From NCBI GenBank assembly GCA_030390025.1, contig CM059433.1, forward strand, positions 13,332,001 through 13,396,000: a stretch of DNA of 64,000 nucleotides. The letters run 5' to 3'. Shown here piece after piece: positions 1 through 11,185 of the stretch. The translations under genes were made by a program, and so were the position numbers. Numbering within the stretch: position 1 is the stretch's first letter; the number at the start of each line of letters is the position of its first letter. Below the pieces are notes generated by a model. It was given only the letters and a program-made list of their open reading frames with translations. It was not told where the DNA came from and made no database searches. The DNA comes from Squalus acanthias (Eukaryota).

Positions 1-964
1 AGTTGCAAGACTATAATTCAGTTCACATGATATCATAAACTATCAGAGCAACAGTTAAGCGATTTACAAACATCAGCTGAACATATGAGACTCAACTTTC
101 CCCCCTCCCCCCCACCCCAATGCAGTGGTAGCTATTTGTTGTGAACTGATTTTTCCTCACATTTGCTTTCCACTTTCCTTACCGTCAAGCATCACGCGCA
201 ATATTGGCAGTGTGACAATACCTGAAAATCTGTCTCTTACCCCTTAATTAAATGCACCATGGCAAGCTAAAAGGGGGCTCGGGAAACAGGATACTACCTG
301 AAGTTTGCTTCCGGGAAAATTGCATCTACAATACAAATATAGGGCAATTGTATGCTTTTCTGCCATGCCACATTAATAGTATTTAATTAAATAATATTTA
401 TTACCCTTTTTCTGCACGTAGTAATACCTGCAGGGGATAAATTATGTGGCCTGTAAAACTCAGGATATCAATCAACATTGACTATTGTTTATCAAAACCA
501 AATGTCTGTTTAGTAATATTTCTGAGAATAACGTTTCAGGAAATTATGTTAAATTGCCCACTCCTTACTTATCATTCAACTGGACTCATTTAGGCCATTA
601 CACTGGTGCACATAACAGTACACATTACTGTTGACGATATTACCATATGAATGAACATACGATTGTATCAAGTTCCTATCACCATTATTTTAACCAAGAT
701 ATTAACATATTTATTTTAAGCAGGTTATCAACTCCATTAAAATAATGGAGAGAAGAATTTGATGGAGGCGCATAATGCTTTTGTATAATATAATGAACAG
801 TAAATTCATGCTTGTAGCATTTAACATGTTCTTAATTGCAAACGATTAACTTAAGTATTTATCACTTTCTGATTACAGACGAGCTCAAATTTGGATGGAA
901 GCACAATTTTCCTGGGAGACTAGCGGAATTGGAGCTTAGTTTTGCACAGACCAGCTAAGTCATA

Positions 965-1640
965 GGGCTGGATTTTGATACTGGGGTGGGTTGGAGTCGT
1001 GTCATCCACTTTTCGTGTTATCCACCCGACTGCAATTGGATGTGGGAGATTGATGCGATTTTCACCTAATTGGGCAATTGAGTTCCAGCATGTGGGAACC
1101 CATGAACCAATTAGTGTTTTCAGTCTGAAAGTCGCCTCTGATGATGTCATCATTGCTGCTGCATTGAAGGTCTGCAAAGACTGCCTGGCCTTTGCTGTGA
1201 GAGGACCTGGATGCAAAATGAGCAGCAGCAGCCCTAAGTCTGCTCCCAGATATTTTTGCACCACCACTCCCAGATATGTCCGTCCGTCCATCCATCCAGC
1301 CAAACAGCTAGCCAGCCAGCTGATAGTCAGCTATCCAAATGTGCTCCCGCCAGGTTTCACATTTGTGGTTCAGAACAGGCGTGGTTCACGTAGAAAAAGG
1401 GTTAAAATCACAAAGGCCTTTCAAAATGGCATTGTAGAGGCAATTTAGTGCTTGTTAAGGGCCTTAACAGCCTATCCCGCCTCTTAGAGGTGGGACGGAG
1501 TTGGGACCAGCAGACACAATTTAATGAAAATTGCGTGGAGGCGGGATGGAGGCGGGCTTGTGCCCGCCCGCCAGTTTTCGCAATTTTAACCCCCCACACG
1601 CCTCCAAACCCACCTCCACGGGTCAATGAAAATCCAGCCC
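965..1640. mobile_element. Harbinger/Tourist-type MITE, TIR GGGCTGGATTTT, 3-bp TSD ATA
   Basis: GGGCTGGATTTT at 965 and AAAATCCAGCCC ending at 1640; ATA on both sides; no credible coding capacity. Confidence 0.8.
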
Positions 1641-1651
1641 ATAGAGTCATA

Positions 1652-2509
1652 GGGCTGGATTTTACCAGCCCTAAGGAGGCGGGTTTGGAGGCGGGATTGC
1701 TGGGAAAGTCAAAAAGAATGGGAGCGGGTCCCGAACCCAATCCCAACCCGCCTCCAACCAATCTTCCCGGGAGTCGGGTCCCCAATTTGCACAGGAACCC
1801 GACTCCTAGCAGCGGGAAAGAGGATTATAGCCACTTAACTGCCTGTTAACAGTTAGTTAACAGGCAGTTAACAGGCTTTTCCCAATTTTTCGACTGCTGC
1901 TGCGGGCTTCCTGATGTCGGGAAACCCCGCCAGGGTAAGTGAGGCGTGCTGTGGGTCTGTTGTTATGTTGGTGTTTGGATGACAGCTGCAGAAGTGGTGT
2001 GAAGGATGCAATGGGGCACTGGTTTGTATAAGAGGTAATGAAATGTTGTGAAAGTAATTTTTAACGTGGTTAGATGTTTCTGCAGGTGACAAGCTGTGAA
2101 GTGTATGTGTAGCCTCATCTCATCGGGAGAACTGACAGATGGCTTCTGCAATCTCAGCTGCAGTTGCCATCTGTTTTATCCTAAGGAGAGACTAATTGGA
2201 GAGCCTGGGAGCAAGGGCTCACCTGTGTACAGTGATTGTCAGTGTTTGACAGCACCTCAATGCTGTCAAATCATCTGTCAAACAAGTGTGGTGCATATGC
2301 CTTTAAGAAAACCGGCAGATGAAGCATCATCAACTGACGTCATCTGACACCGGCTTTCCCTTAATTGGCCGGCAAGCCCACAGGGCGGGCTTAATAAGAC
2401 CAATCAGGGCAAAATAGCATCTGTTCATCAGACGTCTCTGGGGGCGGGTCTAGAACCCGGAAGGCAGCAGTCCCGCCCCCAACTCATCTCGGTAAGTAAA
2501 ATCCAGCCC
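1652..2509. mobile_element. Harbinger/Tourist-type MITE, TIR GGGCTGGATTTTAC, TSD ATA
   Basis: GGGCTGGATTTTAC at 1652, GTAAAATCCAGCCC ending at 2509; ATA flanks; internal similarity (reverse) to the MITEs at 22811 and 51728. Confidence 0.8.
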
Positions 2510-2565
2510 ATAGAGTCATAACGGCACAGAAGGAGACCATTCGTCCCATCAAGTCCATGCCGGCG
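2510..2565 (-). mobile_element. CR1 LINE extreme 3' end/tail stub (ATAGAGTC repeats) hosting the two MITEs
   Basis: ATAGAGTCATACGGCACAGAAGGAGACCATTCG resembles other CR1 tails in the window (e.g. 30706, 32146). Confidence 0.7.
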
Positions 2566-3020
2566 TCAAATTGGGTGTGCGTAAAAGATTTTTTTTCCCA
2601 CAGATTCTGGGTTCTTGACCCAGCAGCATAAGTTGCTGTTATCTGGTTGTCCAGTATCCGGCAGAATTTGCTATCCAGACAGCTGCAACCTTTACCCTAA
2701 TGGGAGTTTAGGCTCCCGAATCTGGAAAACCAGCAGAAATCCGGGCTTTGGTTTGGCACAGCGGCAGGAGTTACACTGTCTGTAGCTTTACAAGAATATC
2801 TCACTTTTTAAATTCATGCCATTTCTCTGAGGGTTCTGCTGATCTCCTGATGACGTAACGGTGGAGAATAGGCAGCGCCACAATGTTGGGCTCTGTATAT
2901 GGGGACTGTCAATTATCTGCCCATTTGGATTACCTGCTGGATCTGGGATCCTGTCCATTATGGCAAATAATCAAGGTTCTATTCCAATTCTTTTTCTAAA
3001 GCAACATTTTCCCAAATGTT

Positions 3021-3640
3021 TAGAAACATGGAAAAATAGGAGCAGGAGTAGGCTATTCAGCCCTTCGAGCCTGCTCCGCCATTCAATATGATCATGGCTG
3101 ATCTTCTATCTCAATACCATATTCCCGCTCTCTCCCATACCCCTTGATGCCTTTTGAGTCTAGAAATCTATCTATCTCCTTCTTAAATATATTCAGTGAC
3201 TTGGCCTCCACAGCCTTCTGTGGTAGAGAATTCCACAGGTTCACCACCCTCTGAGTGAAGAAATTTCTCCTCATCTCAGTCCTAAATGTCCTACCCCATA
3301 TCCTGAGACTGTGACCCCTCTAGACCCCCCAGCCAGGGGAAACATCCTCCCTGCATCTAGTCTGTCTAGCCCTGTCAGAATGTTATACGTTTCAATGAGA
3401 TCCCCTCTCATTCTTCTAAACTCTAGTGAATACAGGCCTAGTCGATCCAATCTCTCCTCATACGACAGTCCTGCCATCCCAGGAATCAGTCTGGTGAACC
3501 TTCGCTGCACTCCCTCTATGGCAAGTATATCCTTTCTTAGGTAAGGAGACCAAAACTGCACGCAGCACTCCAGATGTGGTCTCACCAAGGCCCTGTACAA
3601 CTGTAGTAAGACATCCTTGCTTCTGTACTCAAATCCTCTT
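3021..3640 (-). mobile_element. CR1 LINE 3' fragment (RT C-terminus + 3' UTR)
   Basis: ORFs YRALVRPHLECCVQFWSP...RRMRGDLIETY and RRNFFTQRVVNLWNSLP, typical CR1 ORF2 C-terminus. Confidence 0.9.
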
Positions 3641-3641
3641 C

Positions 3642-4032
3642 CAACAACAACAGCAACTTGTATTTATATAGCATCTTTAACGTAGGAAAATGTCCCAAGG
3701 TGCTTCACAGGAGCGTTATCAAACAAAATTTGACACCGAGCCACATCATGAGATGTTAGGGCAGATGAAAGAGGTAGGTTTTAAGGAGCATCTTAAAGGA
3801 GGAGAGCGAGGTAGCGAGGCGCAGAGGTTTAGGGAGGGAATTCCAGAGCTTAGGGCTTGGGCAGCTGAAGGCACGGCCCGCCAATGGTAGAGCGATTAAA
3901 ATCGGGGATGCGCAAGAGACCAGAATTGGAGGATTGCAGAGATCTCAGAGGGTTGTAGGGCTGGAGGAGATTACAGAGATAGGGAGGGGCAAGGCCGTGG
4001 AGGGATTTGAAAACAAGGATGTGAATTTTAAA
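3642..4032 (-). mobile_element. L2-type LINE 3' fragment with (TTG)n-like tail
   Basis: CAACAACAACAGCAACTTGTATTTATATAGC tail; similar to 36198-36602 and 63318-63700. Confidence 0.7.
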
Positions 4033-5147
4033 GTGCAGATCCAGTCAAACAAACAACCACGTGGTGTAATGATTTACTAAAATGGATTATAAACTAGAAA
4101 AGAGACAGACAGTAGACGGAATTTGATGTTAAAGGCAACCAAATCACATCTGCCCCTTTATTGTGGCTGTATTTGACTTCAATTATTTGGAAAACCCTCA
4201 AAGCTTATTAAGAATTGCATTTTTGGTTGCTCTTTAATACCTAAATTTATACAAAAGCATAATATTTAGAATATATGTATATGAAGCTGCCTCTGCTGTT
4301 TCCCCCCACCTCATTCCACATGTCCGTGAAGCCAAACCTCCTCCCAGTCCCCAGGCTCTCAGATTTCAACAACTAGAATATAGTGTTTTAAGGTCATTAG
4401 AGGTCAGATTCAATATCCAATGTGTTAGTGAAACTACTGTTTTTGACGCTGAACCATGCATCAGCCAGGAAGTGAGATCAGGCCATTAAGAGGATATCGC
4501 ATTCCTGTATTGCTAGAGTTTCCCCTCCCTCTGTAAGAAGAATGATCGCTCTCCTTTTTGTTATTTTGCCAACTAACCCTGAAGGTCATGAGTTTGAATC
4601 CCAGAGCTATCTGTCACACGAGCCAATCTATCTCAGGTTGGGTACATTAGCTCTTGGCCATCGGTGCTGGAGTGCCACAGAGGAAACCTATTCTCTTGTG
4701 GTGGGGAAGATAATCTTACATTCAAGACAATTCTTCTTTTTTTTTAAAATCGTCTCCTGCCAGATGATCGTGGAATAACGTTGAATACTCACAGGCCGGA
4801 GGAGTGTGTTGGCAAGCAGCCCACAACAGTAGGAAAATGGGAGAACATGGCGATAAACAGGAAGAGTTCGTGAAATAACATTACCTCACACTTGATGAAC
4901 CTGAGTGTGTTTTTATTTGATGGCTTGATTTACAATTGGTGGTAAACACATTAAATTTTACATCATCACTCAGCGAGTGAAAGTGAATAATTCCCACTTG
5001 GTTACTGCATCAGATAGTTTTAATGGCTGCAATACAGCATGATCCTGATGTTCAGCATTGTTCCTTTGTTCAGTGCAGTTTATAAGGAGTAGTGGAATGG
5101 GCCTCACAGATCATAAGCAATGAACGTCCTCAATCAGAAAGAGGTTT

Positions 5148-5148
5148 G

Positions 5149-5175
<27 letters not shown>
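5148..5175. repeat. (TC)n microsatellite
   Basis: direct reading. Confidence 0.95.
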
Positions 5176-5179
<4 letters not shown>

Positions 5180-5620
5180 CTTAGCTCAGTACTACCAATC
5201 TCATCTCTGAGTCAAAAGTTTGTGGCTTCAAGCTCCACTCCAGGACATGAGCAGATAACCCTAGGCTGACACTCCAGTACAGTTACTGAGGGAATGCTGC
5301 TCTGTCAGAGGTGCCTTCTTTTGGGTGAAACATTAAACCTGGGCTCCATCTGCCCTCTCGGGTGGACGTAAAAGATCCCATGGCACTTTTTGTGATGAGT
5401 AGGGGAGTTCTCCCAATGGCCTGACCAATATTTATAGCACCCTTTATTAAAAAAAACCAGGTTATCTGGTCAATTATCTCATTGCTGTTTGTAGGACCTT
5501 GCTGTGTGAAAATTGGCAGCTGCGTTTCTCTGCATTACAACAGTGACTACACTTCACAATAAAAAAAAATCTTAATTGGCCGTTACGTGCTTTGGGATGC
5601 CGTGAAAAGTGCAAATTTTC
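5176..5620 (+). mobile_element. tRNA-headed DeuSINE (SacSINE1-like) SINE
   Basis: tRNA-like head (AGCTCAGT...GCTTCAAGCTCC) followed by the conserved core GTGGACGTAAAAGATCCCATGGCAC...GGGGAGTTCTCCC and an L2-like tail; several copies in the window. Confidence 0.7.
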
Positions 5621-6016
5621 TTCTGACAGAACCGTTGAATTACACTTTGCAAAAATATCCATTCCAGTTCAGTAACAGTTAACACTGAATCTTAGGACTC
5701 TAACCTTTAGACAGATCCTCACTTGGAATTAACTGTGCGTTTCATTCGAAGGTCACAGTCTTGATGCTGGCTTTTTACTGTAACTGAACCGAGACTTCCT
5801 CTCTGCATTTATCGTTAAACTGTAAGTCATGCTCAGTCAGCTGGTCCTGGGAGTTCTCAATGCAGCATGGTAAATATTTTGTTATAAAAAAGGGTTTAAT
5901 TCGAATTGGATCTAAAAATGATTGCGCATGACTATGTGAATCTTAACCAACATTATTTTTAACATCATTACTCCTTCATAGGCAGGCTTGGCATTTTCTG
6001 CTTTATATCTTTAAAT

Positions 6017-6280
6017 CAGAAATGAGGAGGAATTTCTTCTCTCAGAGGGTCGTGAATCTTTGGAATTCTATTCCCCAGAGAGCTGTGGAGGCTGGGCCAT
6101 TGAATATATTCAAGGTGGAGATAGACTGACTTTTGAACGATAAGGGAGTCAAGGGATATGGGGAGCGGGCAGGGAAGTGGAGTTGAGGCCAAGATCAGAT
6201 CGGCCATGATCTTATTGAATGGCAGAGCAGGCTCGAGGGGCCAAATGACCTACTCCTGCTCCTACGTCTTATGTTCTTAT
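6017..6280 (+). mobile_element. CR1 LINE 3' end
   Basis: AGGAGGAATTTCTTCTCTCAGAGGGTCGTGAATCTTTGGAATTC ... CTTATGTTCTTAT tail. Confidence 0.85.
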
Positions 6281-7331
6281 ATCTTCAGGTCCCTCAGCAT
6301 CATTCACCACTCCTAGACTAATTTGCTGCTAGCCTTTTCTGTGCCGTAGGTGCCTGCTGGGAAGTGCGCAACAGTATCTCGGTTTTGACTGCCTTTTGAT
6401 TTTTCCTCTTTCCCTCCCTCGAGGGAATCACCTCGCCTTTCACTCGATGCTTATTCCCATGGCATTGCTGTCAGCAGAAACTCCCCACATGGGAAACTGT
6501 GGGTGAAAACCCACACCCTGCAACTACTGGGCTTTAATTGGAGTAAGCTGTCAAGCGTGAGAGCAATATTTTCTGAAAAGGAAGGCCAACTGTTAAGTAG
6601 CTTGCTGGGAAAAGGCGTGTGGTTGAAATAAAAATAGGCTATTTTCATCTTTTATGAATAGGCTATTAACAGAGTCTCCGAGGCTTTGTTTTGTGTGACT
6701 GTGGATCATTAACTAGTGACTGTTGGGGGAAGATGCTATGGAACAGGGCAAGGTCACCTCAGATCTGCTTTGTGCAGTGCAGCTGAAAGATAAAGCTGAT
6801 TTCTACATCAAATAAGAATTAATGCAACTTGAAGACCCAATCATTTGTCATTCAAGGCAAGTTAACAGGTTAGTAAATGGAGTACAATGATGCTATTGAT
6901 TCACCAATTACTTAACCCATTGAAAAAAAAATTATACATAATTTGGAAACTTGCATAAAACCTAAACTCTATGGGGTAAAAATTAGGTCGCGCCCCATTT
7001 GGGGCGCAAATATCGTCTGGACACAAATATTAGCGCCTGGCGCTAATTATCGGCACTGACTGGAAACTTCACTTTTACCGCCCCGGGAGGTGAGTGGAGC
7101 GTTAAATCAGGCGCTGCACACCTGTCTTAAGGCGCAAAGGCCGAGCAGTGAGGCGCTAACTCAGCGCGCGAGCGCAGCGCAGCTGCTGCCAGTTAGCGAG
7201 GGAACACAGACACACTGGCGCCGGCCACTTCTTAAAGCGGGGGGGGCCAACTTGCTCCCCAGCCACACCCTGCTCATTGCAGCCTTGAATCTCGGCCTGG
7301 AGAGACCTGTGAATCCATTTTGCTGCCAAGG

Positions 7332-9210
7332 ATGGAGAGGGTGAGAGAACGCGCTCATCGCTTCACCGAGCGGGCCTTGGATGCTCTGGTTGGCGTGGTG
7401 GAGCGCAGAAGATGTATGCTCTTCCTTGAGAGTGGCAGGAGGCCTTTGCCACGCGAGTTCAGAAGAGTGTGGAGGGAAGTGGCTCAGAGCGTCTCCTCCA
7501 GGAGCATGGTGCCCAGGACCCATACTCAATGCCGCAAAAAGTTCAACGACCTCACTCGGGTCGTCAGGGTGAGTGGCTTTTTCTCAATACCTCTCCATCC
7601 CTCCATCTCAACCTCACTCTATGGCCAGAGGGTCTTAAAACCCCAATGCACAACACTCATCCAACACCTATGGCCCTTTCATGAAACACACACACACATT
7701 CCACACTTTGCATACAGTAAGGGCTATTCACCTATGGGAGGCACATCAGGCAAGACCATGGCTGCATACAGTAAGGGCTATTCACCTATGGGAGGCACAT
7801 CAGGCAAGACCATGGCTGTATACAGTAAGGGCTATTCATCTATGGGAGGCACATCAGGCAAGACCATGGCTGTATATTTACTCAGATGCTGTCCTTTTTC
7901 TTACAGGCCAAGCTGGCGCATAATCGGAGACAGCAGTAACGGACAGGTGGAGGGCGGCCTCAGCTGCAACCCCTCAGCGATCTTGAGGAGCGCATCCACA
8001 GGATTGTGGCAAGCCGGGTGATCGGTCCCGTCGCCACTGGAGACGCCGACCCCGTTCTGGACAGCAATGGTAAGGTCATCACCTTTTTGTCCTCTGTCCT
8101 TCCACTTGTCCCTCACAACACCAGCCTTTGACACTTTCAATCCAACTTGCTAACTCGCTGCACTTATTCCTCCCTTACTGCCACCCTGTCCTCACGCTAA
8201 AGCCACTCTTGTACCTCCCTGCTTTCAGATGGTGATTCACCAGCTGAGGAGACGGGCCCTGAAGCTGCCACTGGGAGTGATGCTGCAGCTGAGGAGGAAG
8301 AGGAAGCCGGAGCATCAGTGCCACCCTCTCCCGAGGAAGCCCATGCCCACACTGGGAACACGCCTTCCCTGGAGGGGAGCAGGGGGGAAGGGTCTGATGA
8401 GGGTGAAGCTCCAGGACCCAGCGGGCTGCAGCAACGCCATGGGGGGGGGGGTAGGGAAGAACGGGGGCCTTCTCCCCAGAGGGAGAGTATGCCAGACACT
8501 CCTACTGCAATGGACGCAGAGGAGGAGCGGCTGATCGCAGAAATGAACACCCAGGCGGTGGGCATGCACACTGAGCTCATGGGTGCAGTGGGAAGGGTGC
8601 CCGAATGCATTGAATCACTGGCAAGGAGTGTGGAGCACTTCGTGTAGCACAGGCGGATGCCACACTAACGCTTAGTGCTGCAATTCAGTCACTGGCTGCC
8701 GTGATCCCATCTCTGACTGCTCTCATACAGACTCAGATTGAGGCCACGCGAGCACAGACTGCTGTCAACCTCGATGGTTCGTGCACATGTCCCCGGGGCT
8801 GTCACCGCGCCGCAGCAGGCCAGCAATCTGTTCTCCAGCAGATTGCTCCGGATGCTGAAGTGCTGCCCCATGGGAGTGCCAGTGTGTCGGGCGAGCAGGG
8901 AGTTGCTGTCCTCTCTCACGATGACAGCATCCCTGCTGCCAACACTGTCACTTCTCCACTGCACTTGCCACCGCCTGTAGGACAGACTGCTGCCGCCCAT
9001 GCAGAGTTGGTGCAGTCTGCAGCCAGGCCCTCCAGGCCCAGAAGTGGTCGAGGCCGTCCTTCAGGGGCATCTGCAGTGTCAGGGTCTGACGAGCAGCAGC
9101 CTTCCACCAGCCTTGCTGCAGCCACTGAGGTCCCATTACGGAGGAGCAGTAGGGTTAGAAGGGGGGAAGTGCGCAAGGGAAGGAGATCACCCTCAAAGGG
9201 CAAAAAGTAG
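7332..9210 (+). pseudogene. Harbinger Myb/SANT (trihelix, NAIF1/MSANTD-like) DNA-binding protein, 3 exons (7332-7568, 7907-8069, 8229-9210), disrupted
   Basis: RAHRFTERALDALV...W..VA..V....VPRT..QCRKKFNDL motif; GT-AG sites in phases 0 and 1; premature TAA at 7937-7939 and a 1-bp deletion near 8642 relative to copy 2. Confidence 0.85.
7713..7876 (+). repeat. 54-bp minisatellite, 3 units, in intron 1 of the Myb gene
   Basis: TACAGTAAGGGCTATTCACCTATGGGAGGCACATCAGGCAAGACCATGGCTG at 7713, 7767, 7821. Confidence 0.95.
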
Positions 9211-9522
9211 GAGGTGTGACAAAATGCTGGTCATTTTTTAATTAAAGGTTGAGGTTCATGGTCCAACTTTTGTTTAGTGTTTTGGACATTATCTCCAGGT
9301 TGTGAGAACCAGTTATGTTATTGACTGTTTTTTTGTGTTTATTTCTATGAGTTTGTCATGAGGAATTGACACACACAGAGTTTGTAAAATAAATAAGTTT
9401 CTGTATTCAAAATATACATGGTTGGTGGTTGGAATTATTGGTGCCTTGGCCGGCTTAGGGGTTGCGTGCTGGGTTCATTAATGTTGTTAGCAATGGCAGA
9501 AGCCATTTCCACAGCAGGGGCC

Positions 9523-10674
9523 CTAGAAGCGGCTTGCTATTAGCCGTTGACGGACGGCCCTTGCAGTTTGACCAATGTGGGCCGCCCTCCCGCCTTGGTG
9601 CTGCTGATGATCATCCTCCTCGTCCTCTTCCTCCTCCTCCTCTGGTGGTGCTCCAAGGCCTGGTGGCATTGGCTGGGTCCTGAGGATTGCCATGTTATGC
9701 AACATGCAGCACACGACTACGAAGTTCGATACTCGCTCAGGCGAGTACTGCAGGGCTCCTCCAGAATGGTCGAGACAGCGGAACCGTTGCTTCAGCACGC
9801 CGATTGTGCGCTCAATTATGTTCCTGGTAGCTTGATGGCTCTCATTGTACCGCAGCTCAGCAGGGGTGTTGGGCGTACGGAGCGGTGTCATCAGCCAGGT
9901 GCTCAATGCATACCCCTTGTCCCCGAGAAGCCAACCAACTGGCTGATGCGGTGCCTCGAAAAGTTCTGCCACAGTAGTCTGGCGCAGGATAAAAGCATCG
10001 TGGCAGCTGCCAGGATACTGGGCATTGACAGCGAGTATCAGCTGTCTGTGGTCACAGACCAACTGGACATTCAAGGAATGGAACCCCTTTCTATTCCGGA
10101 ATTCCTCGGCATTCTCATGCGGAGCACGCAAAGCCACATGCGTGCAGTCAATGGCGCCCTGCACCATGGGGAAGCCCGCTACCCTCGCAAAGCCCAGAGC
10201 GCGGTCACGCTGCTTGTCTGGGGTCATGGGGAAAGAGATGAACTCTTGTCTCCTTTTAAAGAGGGCATTTGTGACCTGCCGGATGCAGCAATGCACCGCG
10301 AACTGGGAGATATTGGCGAGGTCCCCAGCAGCAGCTTGAAATGAGCCAGTAGCGTAAAAGTTGAGAGCCACTGTGACCTTCACTGCCACCGACAGAGACG
10401 TCCTGGACCTCAGTTGAGGCTGCAGATCTGGCTGCAGCAGGTGGCAGAGCTCAGTGACCACCTCCTTGCTGAATCGCAGCCTTCGCAAACACAGCTCCTC
10501 AGACATATGGATGTAGGAGAGCTGTTCACGATATACCCTGGGAGGGTAAGCTTTCCTGTACATACGCCTGATGGCCCTCCTCCGTCTGGCCATCATTGCC
10601 ACTCTCTCTCTGCGTCTCTGTATCCTCAGATTCAGCTGGAGCAGGACGAGGCCCCCAATCAGTGCAGCCCCCAT
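9523..10674 (-). CDS. Harbinger (HARBI1-like, DDE_Tnp_4) transposase, intact ORF of 383 aa from the first ATG
   Basis: [66 protein letters not shown] motifs; no internal stop. Confidence 0.93.
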   Translation of the reverse strand: MGAALIGGLVLLQLNLRIQRRRERVAMMARRRRAIRRMYRKAYPPRVYREQLSYIHMSEELCLRRLRFSKEVVTELCHLLQPDLQPQLRSRTSLSVAVKVTVALNFYATGSFQAAAGDLANISQFAVHCCIRQVTNALFKRRQEFISFPMTPDKQRDRALGFARVAGFPMVQGAIDCTHVALRAPHENAEEFRNRKGFHSLNVQLVCDHRQLILAVNAQYPGSCHDAFILRQTTVAELFEAPHQPVGWLLGDKGYALSTWLMTPLRTPNTPAELRYNESHQATRNIIERTIGVLKQRFRCLDHSGGALQYSPERVSNFVVVCCMLHNMAILRTQPMPPGLGAPPEEEEEEDEEDDHQQHQGGRAAHIGQTARAVRQRLIASRF

Positions 10675-11185
10675 ATTCTCTTTGCAAGCAAAGTAATGAA
10701 GGACAGCAACTAAAGTACCAGCGAAGTTAGGATCAATAGGCAAAACTACCTCACAAAGCGTTGAGTCAATGTAGAAGTCTCTCTTTCTCTCTCTCCGAAT
10801 CTTTCTCTGTCTCTCAGAACGAGTGGTGCAAAAATGTCGACCACAGAAAAAGACAGGAAGAGGCCCCCTTTAAATAGCGCCTCCCCCAGCCCCACACGGA
10901 TTGATAGCGTTCCAGTCTTCCGGTCGTTGGAAGCGCCAGGCGGTAAGGCAGGGGGCGCCACTCAATTTCCGCTCCGGGGCGCCCCAAGGGCGTTGCACCA
11001 TGGAATGACGTCATAATCTGCGCGCGCAGGTGGTCGCAGTGGTAAGTTTTAGCGCCGCCGCACAATCTCAAGTTAAGTTCCCGAGCGGCGCAAACATCGC
11101 TGCGCCCGGGCGTTAGCGGCTTAACGCCCCATTAGCGCCCTCTTAAGGCGCTAACGGGAGGCGCAACCAAGTGAATTTTTACCCC

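Larger units (their letters stand above)
6973..11185 (+). mobile_element. PIF/Harbinger DNA transposon, full-length copy 1 (4213 bp)
   Basis: TIR GGGGTAAAAATT / AATTTTTACCCC; Myb/SANT gene and convergent DDE transposase; near-identical to 14944-19094; flanks TAT / CAA do not form a TSD. Confidence 0.95.

Noticed and set aside
880..955. Possible plus-strand exon after TTTCTGATTACAG (ELKFGWKHNFPGRLAELELSFAQT)
   Set aside because: No canonical GT donor (CAG-CTAAGT) and no recognisable product.
920..2347. Overlapping 60-157-aa ORFs
   Set aside because: Fall inside MITEs; no protein motifs.
7713..7876. CRISPR-like array
   Set aside because: Head-to-tail 54-bp units without unique spacers, in a eukaryotic intron.
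9547..10344. 265-aa antisense ORF (and 17676-18254 in copy 2)
   Set aside because: Shadow frame of the GC-rich transposase; broken in copy 2; no recognisable motif.
9523..10743. Host HARBI1 gene
   Set aside because: Lies between TIRs, is paired with a Myb gene and is duplicated nearby, so it is a transposon gene rather than the domesticated host gene; the extension upstream of ATG 10674 is not conserved in copy 2.
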